64,000 bases of DNA from the human T2T-CHM13v2.0 reference genome, Homo sapiens: NCBI RefSeq assembly GCF_009914755.1, contig NC_060946.1. One strand, written 5' to 3'. A program made the position numbers and the translations under genes. How positions within the stretch are numbered: the stretch's first letter is position 1; each line of letters starts with the position of its first letter. Shown piece after piece: positions 18,831 to 35,162 of this stretch. The notes under the pieces are model-generated. The model ran no database searches, was not told the DNA's origin, and worked only from the letters and a program-made list of their open reading frames with translations.

Positions 18831-19319
18831 AGTCCATGTCAAGCATTCTCACATCTGGTAAATTAGTCTGGTCTTCACAAATACCCAGTAAGGTGTTCGG
18901 AGACACTACTAATTTATCTTCTTTCACAGATGGAGAAAATGAGGCTCCGAAAAGACACAGGACTTCACCAGGTGGGGCTAAAATTAAATTGCACATCTTC
19001 AAGCTAGGTGAAGTTCAAGTTAGCTCCAAGTTTTCTTTCTCCTCCTATCCCCAGCCACCAACCTGACGTGCCCACGGCAGCTCTGTACGTCCCAGTGCAC
19101 TGCCAGTCCACAGCAGTCTGGACGGGCTACAATGGAAGTGTGGACTCACTTCCAGTTTCTGACCCAGAGAGAGAGATCCCAAGAGACTTTGGTCAAAGAG
19201 GGCGGGAAGGTAAGTCCAGTCTAGGCAGTCTTCACTCACAAGCAACTCTGAATGGGGAGAAGGAAGATGAAACCCCATGTCCTGGAAGAACCCTGGCCCT
19301 TCATAAGTCTCTGCCTCAC

Positions 19320-19481
19320 CTCTCCAATCTCTTTCATAACAGCAGGAAACACGTGAACCACACTGATGTGTGCTGAAGCCCAGAAGTGCAGATCCCCACT
19401 GCAGAACTACTGGTGAAGACCAATGGATGGTTGCTGGGAAGTGGCCCTCCCCAAGATGTTCATTGGAGTTGCCATGGTGAT
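19320..19481 (-). promoter_or_regulatory. TEX33: Probable TEX33 non-coding first exon and promoter
   Basis: Minus-strand donor GAG|GTGAGG after 19320; X-box-like GTTGCCATGGTGAT at 19468-19481; TSS not determinable from sequence. Confidence 0.5.
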
Positions 19482-20496
19482 CACTATACACAGGGCTCTG
19501 TTACCTCAGAGGGCTGATAGGCCCACCCGTAGGGAAAAGAGGCCAGGAGAAAGCCAGGATTGAGGCCAGGAAAAGGCAGGAGGGGCTTCAATTATTGTTC
19601 ACTCTCTCATCCACTCTAGAATGTCAGTTGAGCCCCCACTACATGCCAGGTGTGCCAGGCACAGGGGGCTCAGATGCTACCAAGTGCAAAAGATGTTCTT
19701 GGGAGCTCAAAGCACTCAGTAGGGAGAAGAACTAGCTCTGTGTAGGAAAAAGGAGGAAGGACTTATGAAAGAGCCATTTGAGTTGGATCTTGAAGGATGC
19801 CTAGGAACTTAACAGTTTTGAAGGGATGAGAATATTAAAGGCATGGATGTGTATAACAGCATAAATGTAGGTCGAGGTCAATGGGGAAGGAGAAAGATGC
19901 ATCTGGAGCTGTCTGATTTGGACACCCAGGGATCAGGGACCTGGGAGTAAAACTAAAGGAAGGGTCCTCTCTCCTATTCCTAAACAACAAGGGCTACAGA
20001 AGGAGATCAACAAAATTAAGTGACTTCTTTTCTGCAGAGAAGAAGGAGGCAGAAGTCATTGGTGCCAGCACTGGCCCATTCCTGTCTGGCTGTTGCTCAG
20101 CCTGGACAAAGAGTGGGTATAGTGAACGCCTCCTGCAAGCCCAGCCTTTCAGGATTTCCCCAGGAAACAGAGAGTGCTGTGGTTAAACTTGGAGTCCCCA
20201 GAATCTGGGCCTGTCACTTATTAGATAAGAGACTGGCCAAGTCCTTTAGCTGAACTTCCTTCACATGTGAAACAGATATCACCCAACACTAAGGATAAGG
20301 GTGATGGGCGAATAAAACAATTTTTTGCAAAATGTAGCACATTGCCTTGCACAGAGAGAGACATCACAAAACTCTAAGCTACTTCCGCAAGCAACCCATC
20401 AGCAAGTCCTTCGAAGTACACTAGATTTGGATGCCTTCGTCCACCTCCACAACTCCCCCTACTCCCTGGTCCAAGCCACCCTCATCTCTTGCCTAA

Positions 20497-21045
20497 GTAT
20501 TATCTATTGCTGCACGACAATCTTGCCATAAACTTCGAAGCTTAACATACAACTGTTATCTCACAGTTTCTTTGGGTCGGGTGTCTACTCATGGCTTAGC
20601 TGAGTTCTCTGCATTGGGGTCTTAGCAGGCTACAATCCAAGTATTGGCCAGGGCTGCAGTCTCATCTGAGGTTCCACTAGGGAAGAATATGCTTCCAAGC
20701 TCATGTGGCTGTGGGAGGATTCAGTTCCTTGCAGTCTGTTAGACTGAGGGTCTCAGGCTCTCTCTGGCTGTCAGCCAGAGGCCATCCTCAGTTCCTTGCT
20801 ATGTGGGCCCCCCAACACCAACATGACACTGACTTCATCAAAGCCAGCAAAGAGGGAGTCCCCTTGCAAGATGGGGCATTACAATGTTGTGTACCATAGT
20901 CACAGAAGTGGCATCCATCACCTTTGCCGTAGGCTGTTGGTTAAAAGCAAGTCACGGGTCCCACCCGCAGTGAAAGGGAGAGGGTCACACGGGGCATGAA
21001 CACGAGGGGGCAGATAATATGGGGACCACCCTGGAGTCCACCATA
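20497..21045 (-). mobile_element. MLT1-type MaLR solo LTR
   Basis: TATCTATTGCTGC...TTATCTCACAGTTTCT...GCAAGTCAC...GGGGACCACCCTGGAG is the reverse MLT1 LTR pattern. Confidence 0.7.
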
Positions 21046-22470
21046 TCCTCTGACAGTCTTCTCACTCAACAGCCCAGCAATCCTGTTAAGACCTATATTA
21101 GATCATATGTCACCCCTCTAAACAAAACCTTCCAGCTCAACCACAGTAAAAGCTGACATCCTCCCATTTATCTGCAAGGCCCTACCCAACCTGTCCACCA
21201 TTTTTCTCTGACCTCTGCTCCTCTCACTTTCCCAAGTGCTCCCTGGGTCCCTGCCATGCCAGGCTCTGCTGTTTTTTGGGCACACCAAGCACAGTCCCTC
21301 CTCGGGGCCTTTGCACGGGCTGTTCCCTCTCCTCTCCTGCAACTTCCTTCCCCCACATGCCTACATGGCTTGCCTCTTCACCTCCTTCAAGACTCTGCTC
21401 ACCTTCCCAGACCACCTTTTCTTAAAAAGCATCCCAGCCCACCCCACACTCCCTACTCCTCTTTTCCAACCTTTTCTACCATTGCACCTTATTGCCATCT
21501 GACATACTGTGTATATTTGCTTCTTCTTCCCACAGTAGGATCTGAGCCACATGTGAGCTGGGAAGAGGACTGTTTTGTTAGTGGCATGGAAGTGAGAGGG
21601 GTCAACCCTCCAGACTACCAGTCCCACCACTACAGGTCCCACCGGCCTCAGCATTCAGCCCCATCACCCAACCTGCCAGCCCCAAAACCAACCTCCTCAG
21701 CATCTCCTGAGCACCTATTTGCCCCAATGCCAAGCCAAGGACAGACTTGGTCTCCGGCCCTCCAGGATCCTGTCTTCACTGGGAAGGCTGGATAGTGGGG
21801 AGCCGGGAGTCCCCAGTAGGTGGGGCCCGGAATTCTTCTTGCAACCCCAAAGGAGGTCTAAGAGAGGCTGTTTCTGGGAAACTTGAAATCCAGCCACATG
21901 GGGCCAAGCTATCAGGTTGCTTTCTTCTACTGTGGCTTCCTGATTCACCTGCCAGAGCCTGGACCTTCTCCCAGGGCCAAAGCTCTTTCTCCAGCCCCTC
22001 CCTCCACTGCTCCCCAGGGGGTCTTACTCTGAGCCAGAAAAGGTGCTCGAGACAGAGGCCACCTTCCTTTCACCTGCTCCTGAGCATGGCCTCTTCTGAG
22101 AGGCCCTGGGTCTGTGTGACACCTCTATGGACATATTGGGAAAGCCAGCTGTCCCTCCGCCCCTACCCAGGAGGCTGGGGCTACAGCAGCTGGGGCTTCA
22201 GCTCTCTGGCTTTCTGGTTCCCTTCCCACCTGTCTTCCTGGTAGGACCCAGCATGCTCTGGGACAGAGTCCACCTGACATGGGACAGCAGGAGGCTGTTT
22301 CTGCCAAAACTGGGTGAAAGTGGTGTCCTCGGTATGGCTTCCCCAGCCAGAGGGGCTATGGTGGTCTCTGTCCTTGGTGGAGTCTCCGGAGTTTGAAAGA
22401 GATGGAAGTTTGGGGGCAAGGATGGAGCCCAGAGAGAGGCAGGCAAACACACTACTCAGAAAAGGCAAAG

Positions 22471-22476
22471 TTTATT
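22471..22476 (-). terminator. TST: TST polyadenylation signal AATAAA
   Basis: TTTATT on + strand ~140 nt past the stop, followed on the minus strand by a U/GU-rich downstream element. Confidence 0.85.
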
Positions 22477-22617
22477 CCAGTGTTGACAGAGAGAGGGTGA
22501 GCCTTGCACAGCAATTCTAAAAACATGTCATCTCCTTCACCTAAGAGGTAAGAACCGGCTGTAAGTCATGGGGTCACTAAACCGGCCGCAGTTACAGTAA
22601 GCAGAAGAGGTCACGGC

Positions 22618-22916
22618 TCAGGCCTTCTCAGACTTTCCCTGGGACACACGGCTCTCTGGGGGGGCCCGGCGAAACCACTCGGACCAGGAGCCATCGTACA
22701 CGGCCACATCAGGCTTGCCGCAGAGGTAGGCAGCCAAGGCCACGTGGCAGGCGGTGACTCCCTTGCGGCACGTGGCAATGAGAGGCTGCGAGAGATCCAC
22801 CTTCTTGGTCTGGAACAGAGCACGGAGCTCTTCTGGGCCCTTCTCGAAGCCATCCTCAGTCAGGAAGTCCATGAAAGGCATGTTGACGGCACCACGGATA
22901 TGGCCCGAGTCCAGTC
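22618..22916 (-). CDS. TST: Thiosulfate sulfurtransferase (rhodanese), last coding exon with catalytic loop CRKGVT (Cys248, 22753-22770)
   Basis: Acceptor CCTGCCCAG| at 22916, 299 nt, TGA 22618-22620; GHIRGAVN and YDGSWSEW rhodanese motifs. Confidence 0.98.
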
Positions 22917-24354
22917 CTGGGCAGGGCAGAGGACACAGCTTAGGGGATGTATGAGGGGTGGGGACTAATGGGGCCTGGAGGATTCCATCAGCTATAGCTG
23001 GAAGGATAGATAGCTTTGCAAATAAAAATAACATCTTTGCTCTGCTTGGAGCTCAATTTATTCCCAGCCCCACCTATTATCATTTCTCATGACTTAAGAT
23101 GCCTGCAACTCCTCTCCTAACACCTGTCTTGAAGTAGAGATGCCCAAAATCACACCTGCTTGAGAAGACAGCGGCATGAGTCTCAGCTCCACTAACCTTT
23201 ACCTTGGGCAAATCATTTCACTTCTCTGAACCTCAGTTTTCTCATCTGTAAAATGGGCTCAGTGGTACATACCTATCTCACAGCCATGTTGAGAAGAGCA
23301 AATGGGACAACTTATTGCAAATGCTATGTGCTGAGAACACAGCGGTGAAAGGCAGAGACACAGCCAGGCCCTCTGGGAGATTCCAGTCTAACAAGAAAGG
23401 CAGATGCTAAACAGATAACCACATAACTAATCAGATATGTCCCCATTTTACAGATGAATCCGCTGAGTCTTGGCAAAACAACACGGCTCACCTAAGGCCA
23501 CACCGAAAGATGAAGGCAGACCCAGGATTACATCGGGGCCTCTGGTTTTCTGTTAAGCACACAGTTGCAGAAAGAGCAAGTGACCTGGTGTCAGATGTGA
23601 GGTCAAATCCCACTGGAGCAAGTTATGTCAGCTCTCTGAGCCTCAGTTTCTCCATAGGAAAAATGGAAATGAGAGTATCCACTGCGTATTGGCTGCTGCA
23701 CGAAGCGGGTGGCACAAGGAAAGCGCTGGCTTTGGAGGCTGGCCCACCCACCCTGCCATGCTGCGCCCCCAGCCACTTCACCACCCATGGAGGGGGTAGG
23801 GGGAGAATAGGGACAGTGTGGGCCTTTTTGGTCCCCTCCAAGAACTTGGATGGAAGCAGAGTGGAGGGACTCGGCTGGCTCTAGAGTCCTTTCTGGAACT
23901 GTCTCAGTACCCAGTGAGGGCCCTCGGCCAAATCTGGCTTCAGAAGAGCCAGGAATTGGGGCAAAGGGGAAAGCCATGGCCAGAGCTGGTGCCACCCACA
24001 GGGTGAGGCCACAGGCCAATCTCACACATGCCCCAGGCCACTCCTGTCTTCCTCGAGCAGCCCACACCCTGGCAGGGGTGGGGGCTCTATGGTTGGCCCC
24101 ACTCCCAGTGCCCAACCTGCACTTTGGCCTGACACAGGCCTATCTCCATCTCTTTGAGCCCTCCTTGCTCCCCAAATCCCCACCCCCATTCAACCTGGAT
24201 TATGGGACAGGGCAGGAGCAGGGTGGCAGGAGTGGGAGGGGAAGGATCTGACTAGTGTGGCCAAGGCACATACTGGGGCTGGGTACAGCCAAGCAGGCCC
24301 TGAACCTCCGAGCCTCAGTCTCCCTCCTGCAGAACGGGGACAAAACCCCACCTA

Positions 24355-24650
<296 letters not shown>

Positions 24651-24825
24651 TAAACCTCACCCACCTCACAGGTGTGTGGGGAAGTCTAACTACTGCAGCT
24701 AAAAGCACCCAGTGACCCTGGCAGGCACACGATTCGGTACATCATCACGCCAGCTATGTCCTGGTCCTTTCACCCCGGGGCCAAAGAGGATTCCAAAATC
24801 TATTAGTACAAGTCGAGTTTGATTG

Positions 24826-24908
24826 GCAGTGGTGTTTACAATCAACTGATCACCAGTTACAGATTTCTTTCTTCCTTCTCCACTCCCACTGCTTCACTTG
24901 AATAGCCT
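24826..24908 (+). pseudogene. Y3 RNA (RNY3-derived) retrocopy, lacking the first ~13 nt
   Basis: GCAGTGGTGTTTACAA...CCAGTTACAGATTTCTTT.TTCCTTCTCCACTCCCACTGCTTCACTTGA.TAGCCT matches hY3; followed by an A-rich tail. Confidence 0.9.
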
Positions 24909-24924
24909 GAAAATAAAGTAGAAA

Positions 24925-25215
24925 GGCCAGGCATGGTGGCTTACATCTGTAATCCCAGCACTTTGGGAGGCCCAGATGGAAGGATTGCTTGAGCCCAGGA
25001 GTTGGGTAACATAGCAAGGCCCCATCTCTCTAGAAAAAAAAAAAAAAATGAGCCAGGCATGGTGGCATGCACCTGTAGTCCCAGCTACTTGACAGGCTGA
25101 GGTAGGAGGATCACTTGAGCCCAGGAGACTGCAGTGAGCTGTGATCATGCCACTCCAGCCTGGGTGATAGAGCAAGACTCTGTCTCAAAAATATAATAAT
25201 AATGAATTAAAAAAG
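24925..25215 (+). mobile_element. Old Alu (AluJ-like, internal deletions) directly after the Y3 copy
   Basis: Alu head GGCCAGGCATGGTGGC; GGATTGCTTGAGCCCAGGAG AluJ-type motif. Confidence 0.9.
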
Positions 25216-25679
25216 GAAGTTTGATTGCATATAACGTATAAAATTAGAGCAATTTCTTCCTGTTGTGTTTCACCTGCTTTGCCTGGAAACTTGAATCTAA
25301 GATGTGTGCCCACCCTACCAACGAGGAACAATGGATCAGCTGGCATTGAGGGCATTCTTTCCCAAGAAACCCAGCTTTAAAATGTTTCCACAGTGGGCTG
25401 GATTGAAGTGCATTTGAAAGCACAACGGGTTGAATCCTGTTTTGTTTTGTTGTCCCCATCCCTGATGACACAGCCCCACTGTGTTCTTCTTATTACATAA
25501 AGGGCACCCCTTCTGAGTAAAGATGAAGTCAGGGAGTTTCTGTAGAGCGGGCCTCCCACACTGGGCCAGCTGGACGGGGTGAAGCAAGGGGAGCTCAGGG
25601 CCTGTCTGGGGCATTTAAATGAACTGTGGGAAGGGCTGAGATGAACCTGGGCCAGAGAACTTTCAAGAACAGCCAGTTT

Positions 25680-25990
25680 GGCCGGGCGCGGTGGCTCACG
25701 CCTGTAATCCCAGTACTTTGGGAGGCCGAGGTGGGCGGATCACGAGGTCAGGAGATCGAGACCATCCTGGCTAACACGGTGAAACCCCGTCTCTACTAAA
25801 AACACACATACAAAAAAAATCAGCCAGGTGTGGTGGTGGGCACCTGTAGTCCCAGCTACTCGGGAGGCTGAGGCAGCAGAATGGCGTGAACCCAGGAGGC
25901 GGAGCTTAAAATGAGCCAAGATCGCGCCACTGCACTCCAGCCTGGGTGACAGAGCGAGACTCCGTCTCAAAAAACAAACAAACAAAAAAA
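25680..25990 (+). mobile_element. AluY with 14-bp TSD
   Basis: AluY diagnostics; AAGAACAGCCAGTT at 25665-25678 and 25991-26004. Confidence 0.95.
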
Positions 25991-27218
25991 AAGAACAGCC
26001 AGTTGGTGGAAAGGCACGTTGGGCCAGAAAGCAGAGGCTCCCATGCTTCTCTTCCCAAGTCTAGCTGAAGGCTTCTGGCTCTCCCTGCCCCCAGCAGGCA
26101 TGCCCCCATTCCCATAACCTGCGGCACCAGGCACTTGACAGCAGGTGCTCTCAAGAATTTTATCCTCCTCAATCCTCACAAAGCAGGGGAGATTATTCTC
26201 TCAGCATTGCTGGGGAGCCCAGGCTCAGAGAGGTGATGTCGCTTGCCTCAGGACACACAGCAAAGGTAAGTCTGATTGGTCTGCCCCCAACGCCTGTGTT
26301 CTTTGACCACCCTGAGCCTCCCTGGAAAAGGAGACTGAGGCTGGGGAATGGATGAGATGACCTCTTGTACTCAACTACTAGAGTTAACATCCCTCAGGCC
26401 ACTGGTAGGTGTGGATTTTTAAGGCCAGGAAAAGCTGTCTGGCGCTTTCTCCTTTTACTAAGGAATCCAGAGCAGGCAGCCCCAGAAGGCAACCCCTTAA
26501 CCCTAGCCAGGAAGAGGCAGCCCCGCACCTTCCCTCCTCCCTCAGCCAAGCTCCCAGCCCTGGGAGGGAGAGATAGGCAGAGTGGATTTTCAGTCCCATA
26601 CAGCAGCCCGGGAGCCACACCATGGAGCCGTGACCTTTCCCTCAGCCCCTGGGCTTGCTTACAGCTCACCCCACCCACAGCAGTAGCCTTGGGAAACAGC
26701 CCCAACTTGAAGCCTGCCGACCTGGGGTCAAGTCTCTGCCACTTTGTCTTAACAGAGAAGCCCCTTCCTTGTCCCCACCCACAAAGTGGGACCCAGCCTA
26801 CCTACCCCTGCCTGCCTCCCCTTGCAGGGCTGCTGTAGGTGTCCAGAAGAGACTATATAAAAAGCGTTCTGTAAATAAAAGTGCTCATTAGCGGGTCGAT
26901 ACCCTCCTCCCTTCTTCACCCTCACTCCCTCCAAGAAGGGAGGCAAAGAAAATTAAGTCGATAAAGAAACTGGGCTGGATAAACTCCTACTCTGCCTCTC
27001 TCACTTCCTCCAGCCCTCCTCTCAGGTGAGCAGCGCTCCTTTCACGAACAACAGTTAGCGGTGAAGGCACTAGCCTGAGGCTAAGCATCAGTATCACACC
27101 TGGATGGAACCTCAGATCTGGCTGACTCCAGGACTAAGAGCTTGTGGAGGCACAAAACTACAGCCAAAGAGGAAGGCGCTTGCCTAAGGTGAGCAGGAAG
27201 TGGCCGCCAGGTGTCTAA

Positions 27219-27842
<624 letters not shown>

Positions 27843-29735
27843 GCCACTGCTACATTTAAACAAATGCATACTCATGTGGGTAGGGCTGGCGTGACTCTTC
27901 TCATTTTATGATAAGGAAACCCAGAGAGGCCAAGCAACTGGACTGAGGTCACTCCAAGGAGGAGTGGCTGAGCTGAAATGAGAATCCATGTTCCCTGATG
28001 CTCCTGAGGGAAACTGAAGGAGGTGTGAACACAATTACAGAGGAGGAACTTCAGCATCCCGGGCCTTCAGGAGGCATTACCCACTGCAGGCCATTCTCCT
28101 CCTCTGAGCCTCAGTTTCCTCATCTGTAAAATGGGTGAGGACATTGGGCCTGGCACCTCCAAGCTGTCCCTTCCACTTATTTCTTAGGTTGCTTCAGGGC
28201 AGGCTGGGAAGCAGCAAGAGAACCAATTCCACTGATCCTCCCCCATGACAGCTTAAATCCCAAGGAGAAGAGGCGTCTTGAACCAAGGCCAGGAGAGGGC
28301 TGCAGGCGTTCCCAGCCAGGATTCTCTGGGAGGTGCCAAATGAACTTGAATCTTCAACTCCAGACCTTCAGAGAGCAAGCAGGCAAGAAAAATATGGGGC
28401 CTGGAAAAAGCTGCGCTGGAAAGGGCAGAGACCCTGCTGTCCTGGCTCTGTCACTAACTAGCTATGCGGCCTTGGCCCCTGCCTCTGTGCACCTCAGTCT
28501 CCCCTCTGTCAGGTGAGGTCACCGTTCAGGCCCTCCAGCTCTAAGAGTGTGCAGAACAGTTTTCCCAGCATTCTCTCTGTAGGAGGTACAGACAGGAAGA
28601 GATGTTTTTCAACAAGTCAGGCAAAATGTTGCACACGAGTTAGATTCTGTAGAGAAGGAGCTCTGACTGAGGAAAGAGCCACCAAGGAGGTGCCCAGAGA
28701 CAAGAGAGGGCCCTGCTCCTGGAAATGGCCAGGCAGGGACTGGAGGGCACTCAGCAGGAGTGATGGCAGCGAGACGGCAGTCCTGCCTCTAGAAAAGGGA
28801 AGACCTCCGAGGTTCTGTCTGGCTAGGAGGTTCTAGAACTCAGCATTTCCTCTCCTGAGGCTCTCCCCAACCCTCAAGCAGTATCCAATCCACCTGGCCT
28901 TCCCTTCCACAGGAGGGGAACTTCTGAGTCGCCTTCCTGGGGCAACTAGCAGAGGGGACTCCCTCCTGGCCCTGGGAAGTAGGGGTAGGGCAGCATTGGG
29001 TGCGTCCTGGTTTATAGCCCTGGTTTGAAACAAGGCAGCATTGGATTCGAATCCTGCCTTCCACCACTTTATGTCCTGGCATCTCAGTCCCCCCACCCCC
29101 CGCTGCCAAAACAGGGGCATTGAGCTTTGTTCGCTGAGATAATGCGGTGCCAAGTGTCTGGCATGAAATGGCAGCTGCTGTTACAACTCTGCCGACGGGC
29201 TGCAGCTGCCTGGAAAGGTTATGGAACCTTTGCAAACAGCAGGCAGGGGCCCCAGGAGAGCTAGATTTGGGGAGAGGGGGATCCTGCGGGGAGGGACACT
29301 GTTGATGTCTATAAGGGTTTCTGCGGGACGAGAGAGGCCTGGAGAAGCTGGATGTGTCCGTGGGAGGTTTCTGTACAGCAATGCAAACGCTGGCTCAGGG
29401 GCATGACACCCTTAGGTATATCCTAGTACATGTGGGGCAGCTGGTGCCTGGGAGTGGAGGTGGTGGACATGTCACCAGTGACTTCTGCTCACACAGATGC
29501 TAGGTGGCTTCTTAGCACATGGCTATGAGGACACATTCTTGGGTCCTTGTGCATCCAAGCTGAAAAAGCCTTTAGGTTTGTCTCCACTTTCTGGTTTTAT
29601 CGATGGAAAGACTGAGGCCTACATGGGAGGATTGAAGGCATGGGACGGACCCTGGAGAGGGTCCCAGTCATCCTTACTCCCTATCCTTCCATGGGGCAAT
29701 ACTCCCCAGGGACCACCCAGCACTGGGACACCTAC

Positions 29736-30330
29736 CTACTGCATCCGGCTCCGGCTCGGTGCCCAGGAACCGCCCTTGAGACCTTGAATCCACCAGCTGG
29801 AACCTCTTAGATTCAAGGTTCTCCAGCACCTGCTCGTAGGTCTTGAGCAGGGAGCGGTCCAGTGTGGCTTTGAAGACGGCCGGTTCTGGGCGTGAGGGCT
29901 CGGATGTCACCGGGTGGCCCTCCTTCAGCCAGTTCCGGAAGCCACCATTGAGCACTGATACGGTGCGGTGGCCAAACACACGGAACATCCACCAGACCCG
30001 GGGAGCATAGAAGCTGCCCAGGTGTTCACCATCATACACCACCACGTGCGTGTGGTTGCTGATGCCCAGGCGGCCCACATACTCGGCGAAGCCAGCCTCG
30101 CTGGGCAGCATCATCTCGTAGGGCGACGCCGTGTCCCGGCACTCTTCTATGTCAAAGAAAGAGGCGCCGGGTACGTGGCGCTCGAGGTACTCCTTGCGGG
30201 CCTCTCGGGTGCCTGGTGAGTACCAGGACGCGTCCAGCACCCGCAGGCCGGGCCCCAGCTTGCCAGTCCTGATGGACTCCGCCAGCCACTTGGTGGAGAC
30301 CAGCGCCCGGTAGAGCACCTGATGAACCAT
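29736..30330 (-). CDS. TST: Thiosulfate sulfurtransferase (rhodanese), first coding exon [21 protein letters not shown]...EPEPDAV(G)
   Basis: ATG 30330 (GAAGCCATGG), acceptor GCCAG| at 30351, donor TAG|GTAGGT after 29736; 595+299 = 894 nt = 297 aa. Confidence 0.98.
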
Positions 30331-30997
30331 GGCTTCAGCTCTGCGTGTCACCTGGCACGGGTGGGAACCAGGAAAGAGAGACAGGCGTGAGGAAGGAAGT
30401 CGGTGTGTGCAGTAGGGTGAGGCCTGGGAGAAGCTCTTTCTCCCTCCGCACTCCCCCGGGTTCCTTGTTTACAGCAAGCCAGCGAGGCTGGGGCGTGCAG
30501 CGGGATAAGTTTGCAGATTCCCTCTGGAAAGCCGGCCCCGCCCCTCCCAGCCGGCCCGGGGGCCCAGCGCAGAAGCGGGTGGGGCAAGAGTTTCCGAGGA
30601 CTCCAAGTAGGGGCGCTTCCTGGGGCGGGGATCTGGCTCCTAGAAGTTACAGTACTCGATCCCGCCAGGAAAGAGCAATGAAAGCATGCCCGGGATGGGG
30701 GGCGATGGCATCTTGGGCTTAGAATCCCCTTTCCTTCCAAGGCAGAGGGGGTGGGCGCACGGCTAGGAAGCTCCGCGAGCCGCGCACACGCCATCGCCTG
30801 CGGCCTCCCCAGGCAGCCCGAGCTCGCCCGCCTCCAGAGTGCCCGAGTCCGGCCCGTAGCTCGCTGCCCTCTGCCCTAGGTGGATCAGGGGTTCCCGGGG
30901 CACCCCGTCCCACTCTCGCAACGCTATCCTTCCCCGGGCAGCAGGTGGCCCGACCGGCGGCCCAGGCGCCCGGCCGCTGCCCCCGCCCCGCACTCAC

Positions 30998-31060
30998 TCG
31001 CCCCGGACGCCGCGCTGGCGCTCGCCCCGGCCGGCTGGAGAAGTTGGCCGGTTCAAACCC
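30998..31060 (-). other. TST: Probable TST non-coding exon 1 (5' end uncertain)
   Basis: Donor CGA|GTGAGT after 30998 within the CpG island, pairing with the acceptor at 30351. Confidence 0.7.
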
Positions 31061-31435
31061 CCGGCCGCAGCTCCCCAGGCGGCGCGCACCATCGCGCCAC
31101 CGCCAGAGGGGGGACCCTGCGCCGCCCGCCGCCATCCCGCGCCTCCCCCGCGCGGCCGCTTCGCGCCCGGCACCTGCCAACCTCGCGCGCGGGGCCTCCG
31201 GGACCCGCGGGGGTCTGAGGGGGACGCCGGGTGGCGCGGGGGCCGCGCGGGCCTGGGCTGGGCGGAGCGGGCGTACCCCCACGGCCCGGCCAGTGGAAGG
31301 CGCGGGCAGCAGCGGCTCCGAGTGGCCGCGGCGGTGGGCTGTGCCGGAGTCTCCTCCCTTTGGTCCGCTGCAGGTTGGTGGCGGGAGGAGGGGACAGCTG
31401 CGGGCGCGGGGAGGGGGCGCCGCGCCGCGGGGGCC

Positions 31436-31471
31436 ATGGCGGAGCCAGGAAGCCGGGAGTCCGAGACCCGG
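31436..31471 (+). CDS. MPST: MPST long-isoform first coding exon MAEPGSRESETR
   Basis: ATG in GCCATGG context, donor CGG|GTAACT; splices in frame to 35791, giving a 20-aa extension (317 aa). Confidence 0.85.
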
Positions 31472-32092
31472 GTAACTGCCGCGGCGTGGCGGCTTGCCTT
31501 TCTGGAGGGGGAGGGAGTGGCTCTTTGGGGGTGCTCGGCGCGGGGCTCCCGCGCGGGACCTGGGCGGAAGAGGGGGCTTAGTCTAGGAGAGAAGGCGCGC
31601 CGCTACGTTGGCACTAAGGGTGACTGTCCGCTTGGGGCGGCCTGCCGGGTGGGGTCGTGGCGAGTGGCGGGTGGGGAGCCTTGGGTGGAAGTGGGTGACC
31701 TGGTGGCACCAGAGAGGGCGGGGGAGAGAGAGGAGGACAGGGAGACGAGACCCCGCTGACCCAGAGGCCCCAGGAAGAGACACTAGCCAATAACTTGTTA
31801 GTGAGTGAAAGGAACTAACATTGTCCAGCCCTGCTTGGTGTGGCACTTTGCTGGGTACTCCCGTGGTGTGACTTAATTCCCACAATAACCCTGAGGAGTA
31901 GGCCAGAAACTTACTAAGACAGGAGAGAGCGGCAGAGCGAGTTGCTGGAGGACACACCCAGAGTTGAGGCCGGGCCTGATCCCTGGTCTGAAGCCCACGT
32001 GGTACCAGCTGCCTTTGTTTACCTGGCTCTTCCCTGAAGGTTCATGCTTTTTAAAAAATTGCCTGTTTTGAACTTAGCCCGTTTAATCATAA

Positions 32093-35162
<3,070 letters not shown>

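Larger units (their letters stand above)
30100..31760. promoter_or_regulatory. CpG island / bidirectional TST-MPST promoter
   Basis: Very high CpG and GC density, GC boxes (CCCCGCCCC ~30981, GGGGCGGAG ~31260), divergent genes on either side. Confidence 0.9.

Noticed and set aside
30345-31957. Several long Arg/Gly/Pro/Ala-rich ORFs in the TST-MPST CpG island
   Set aside because: Stop codons are rare at this GC content and no domain is recognisable; only the uORF frame is kept as a hypothesis
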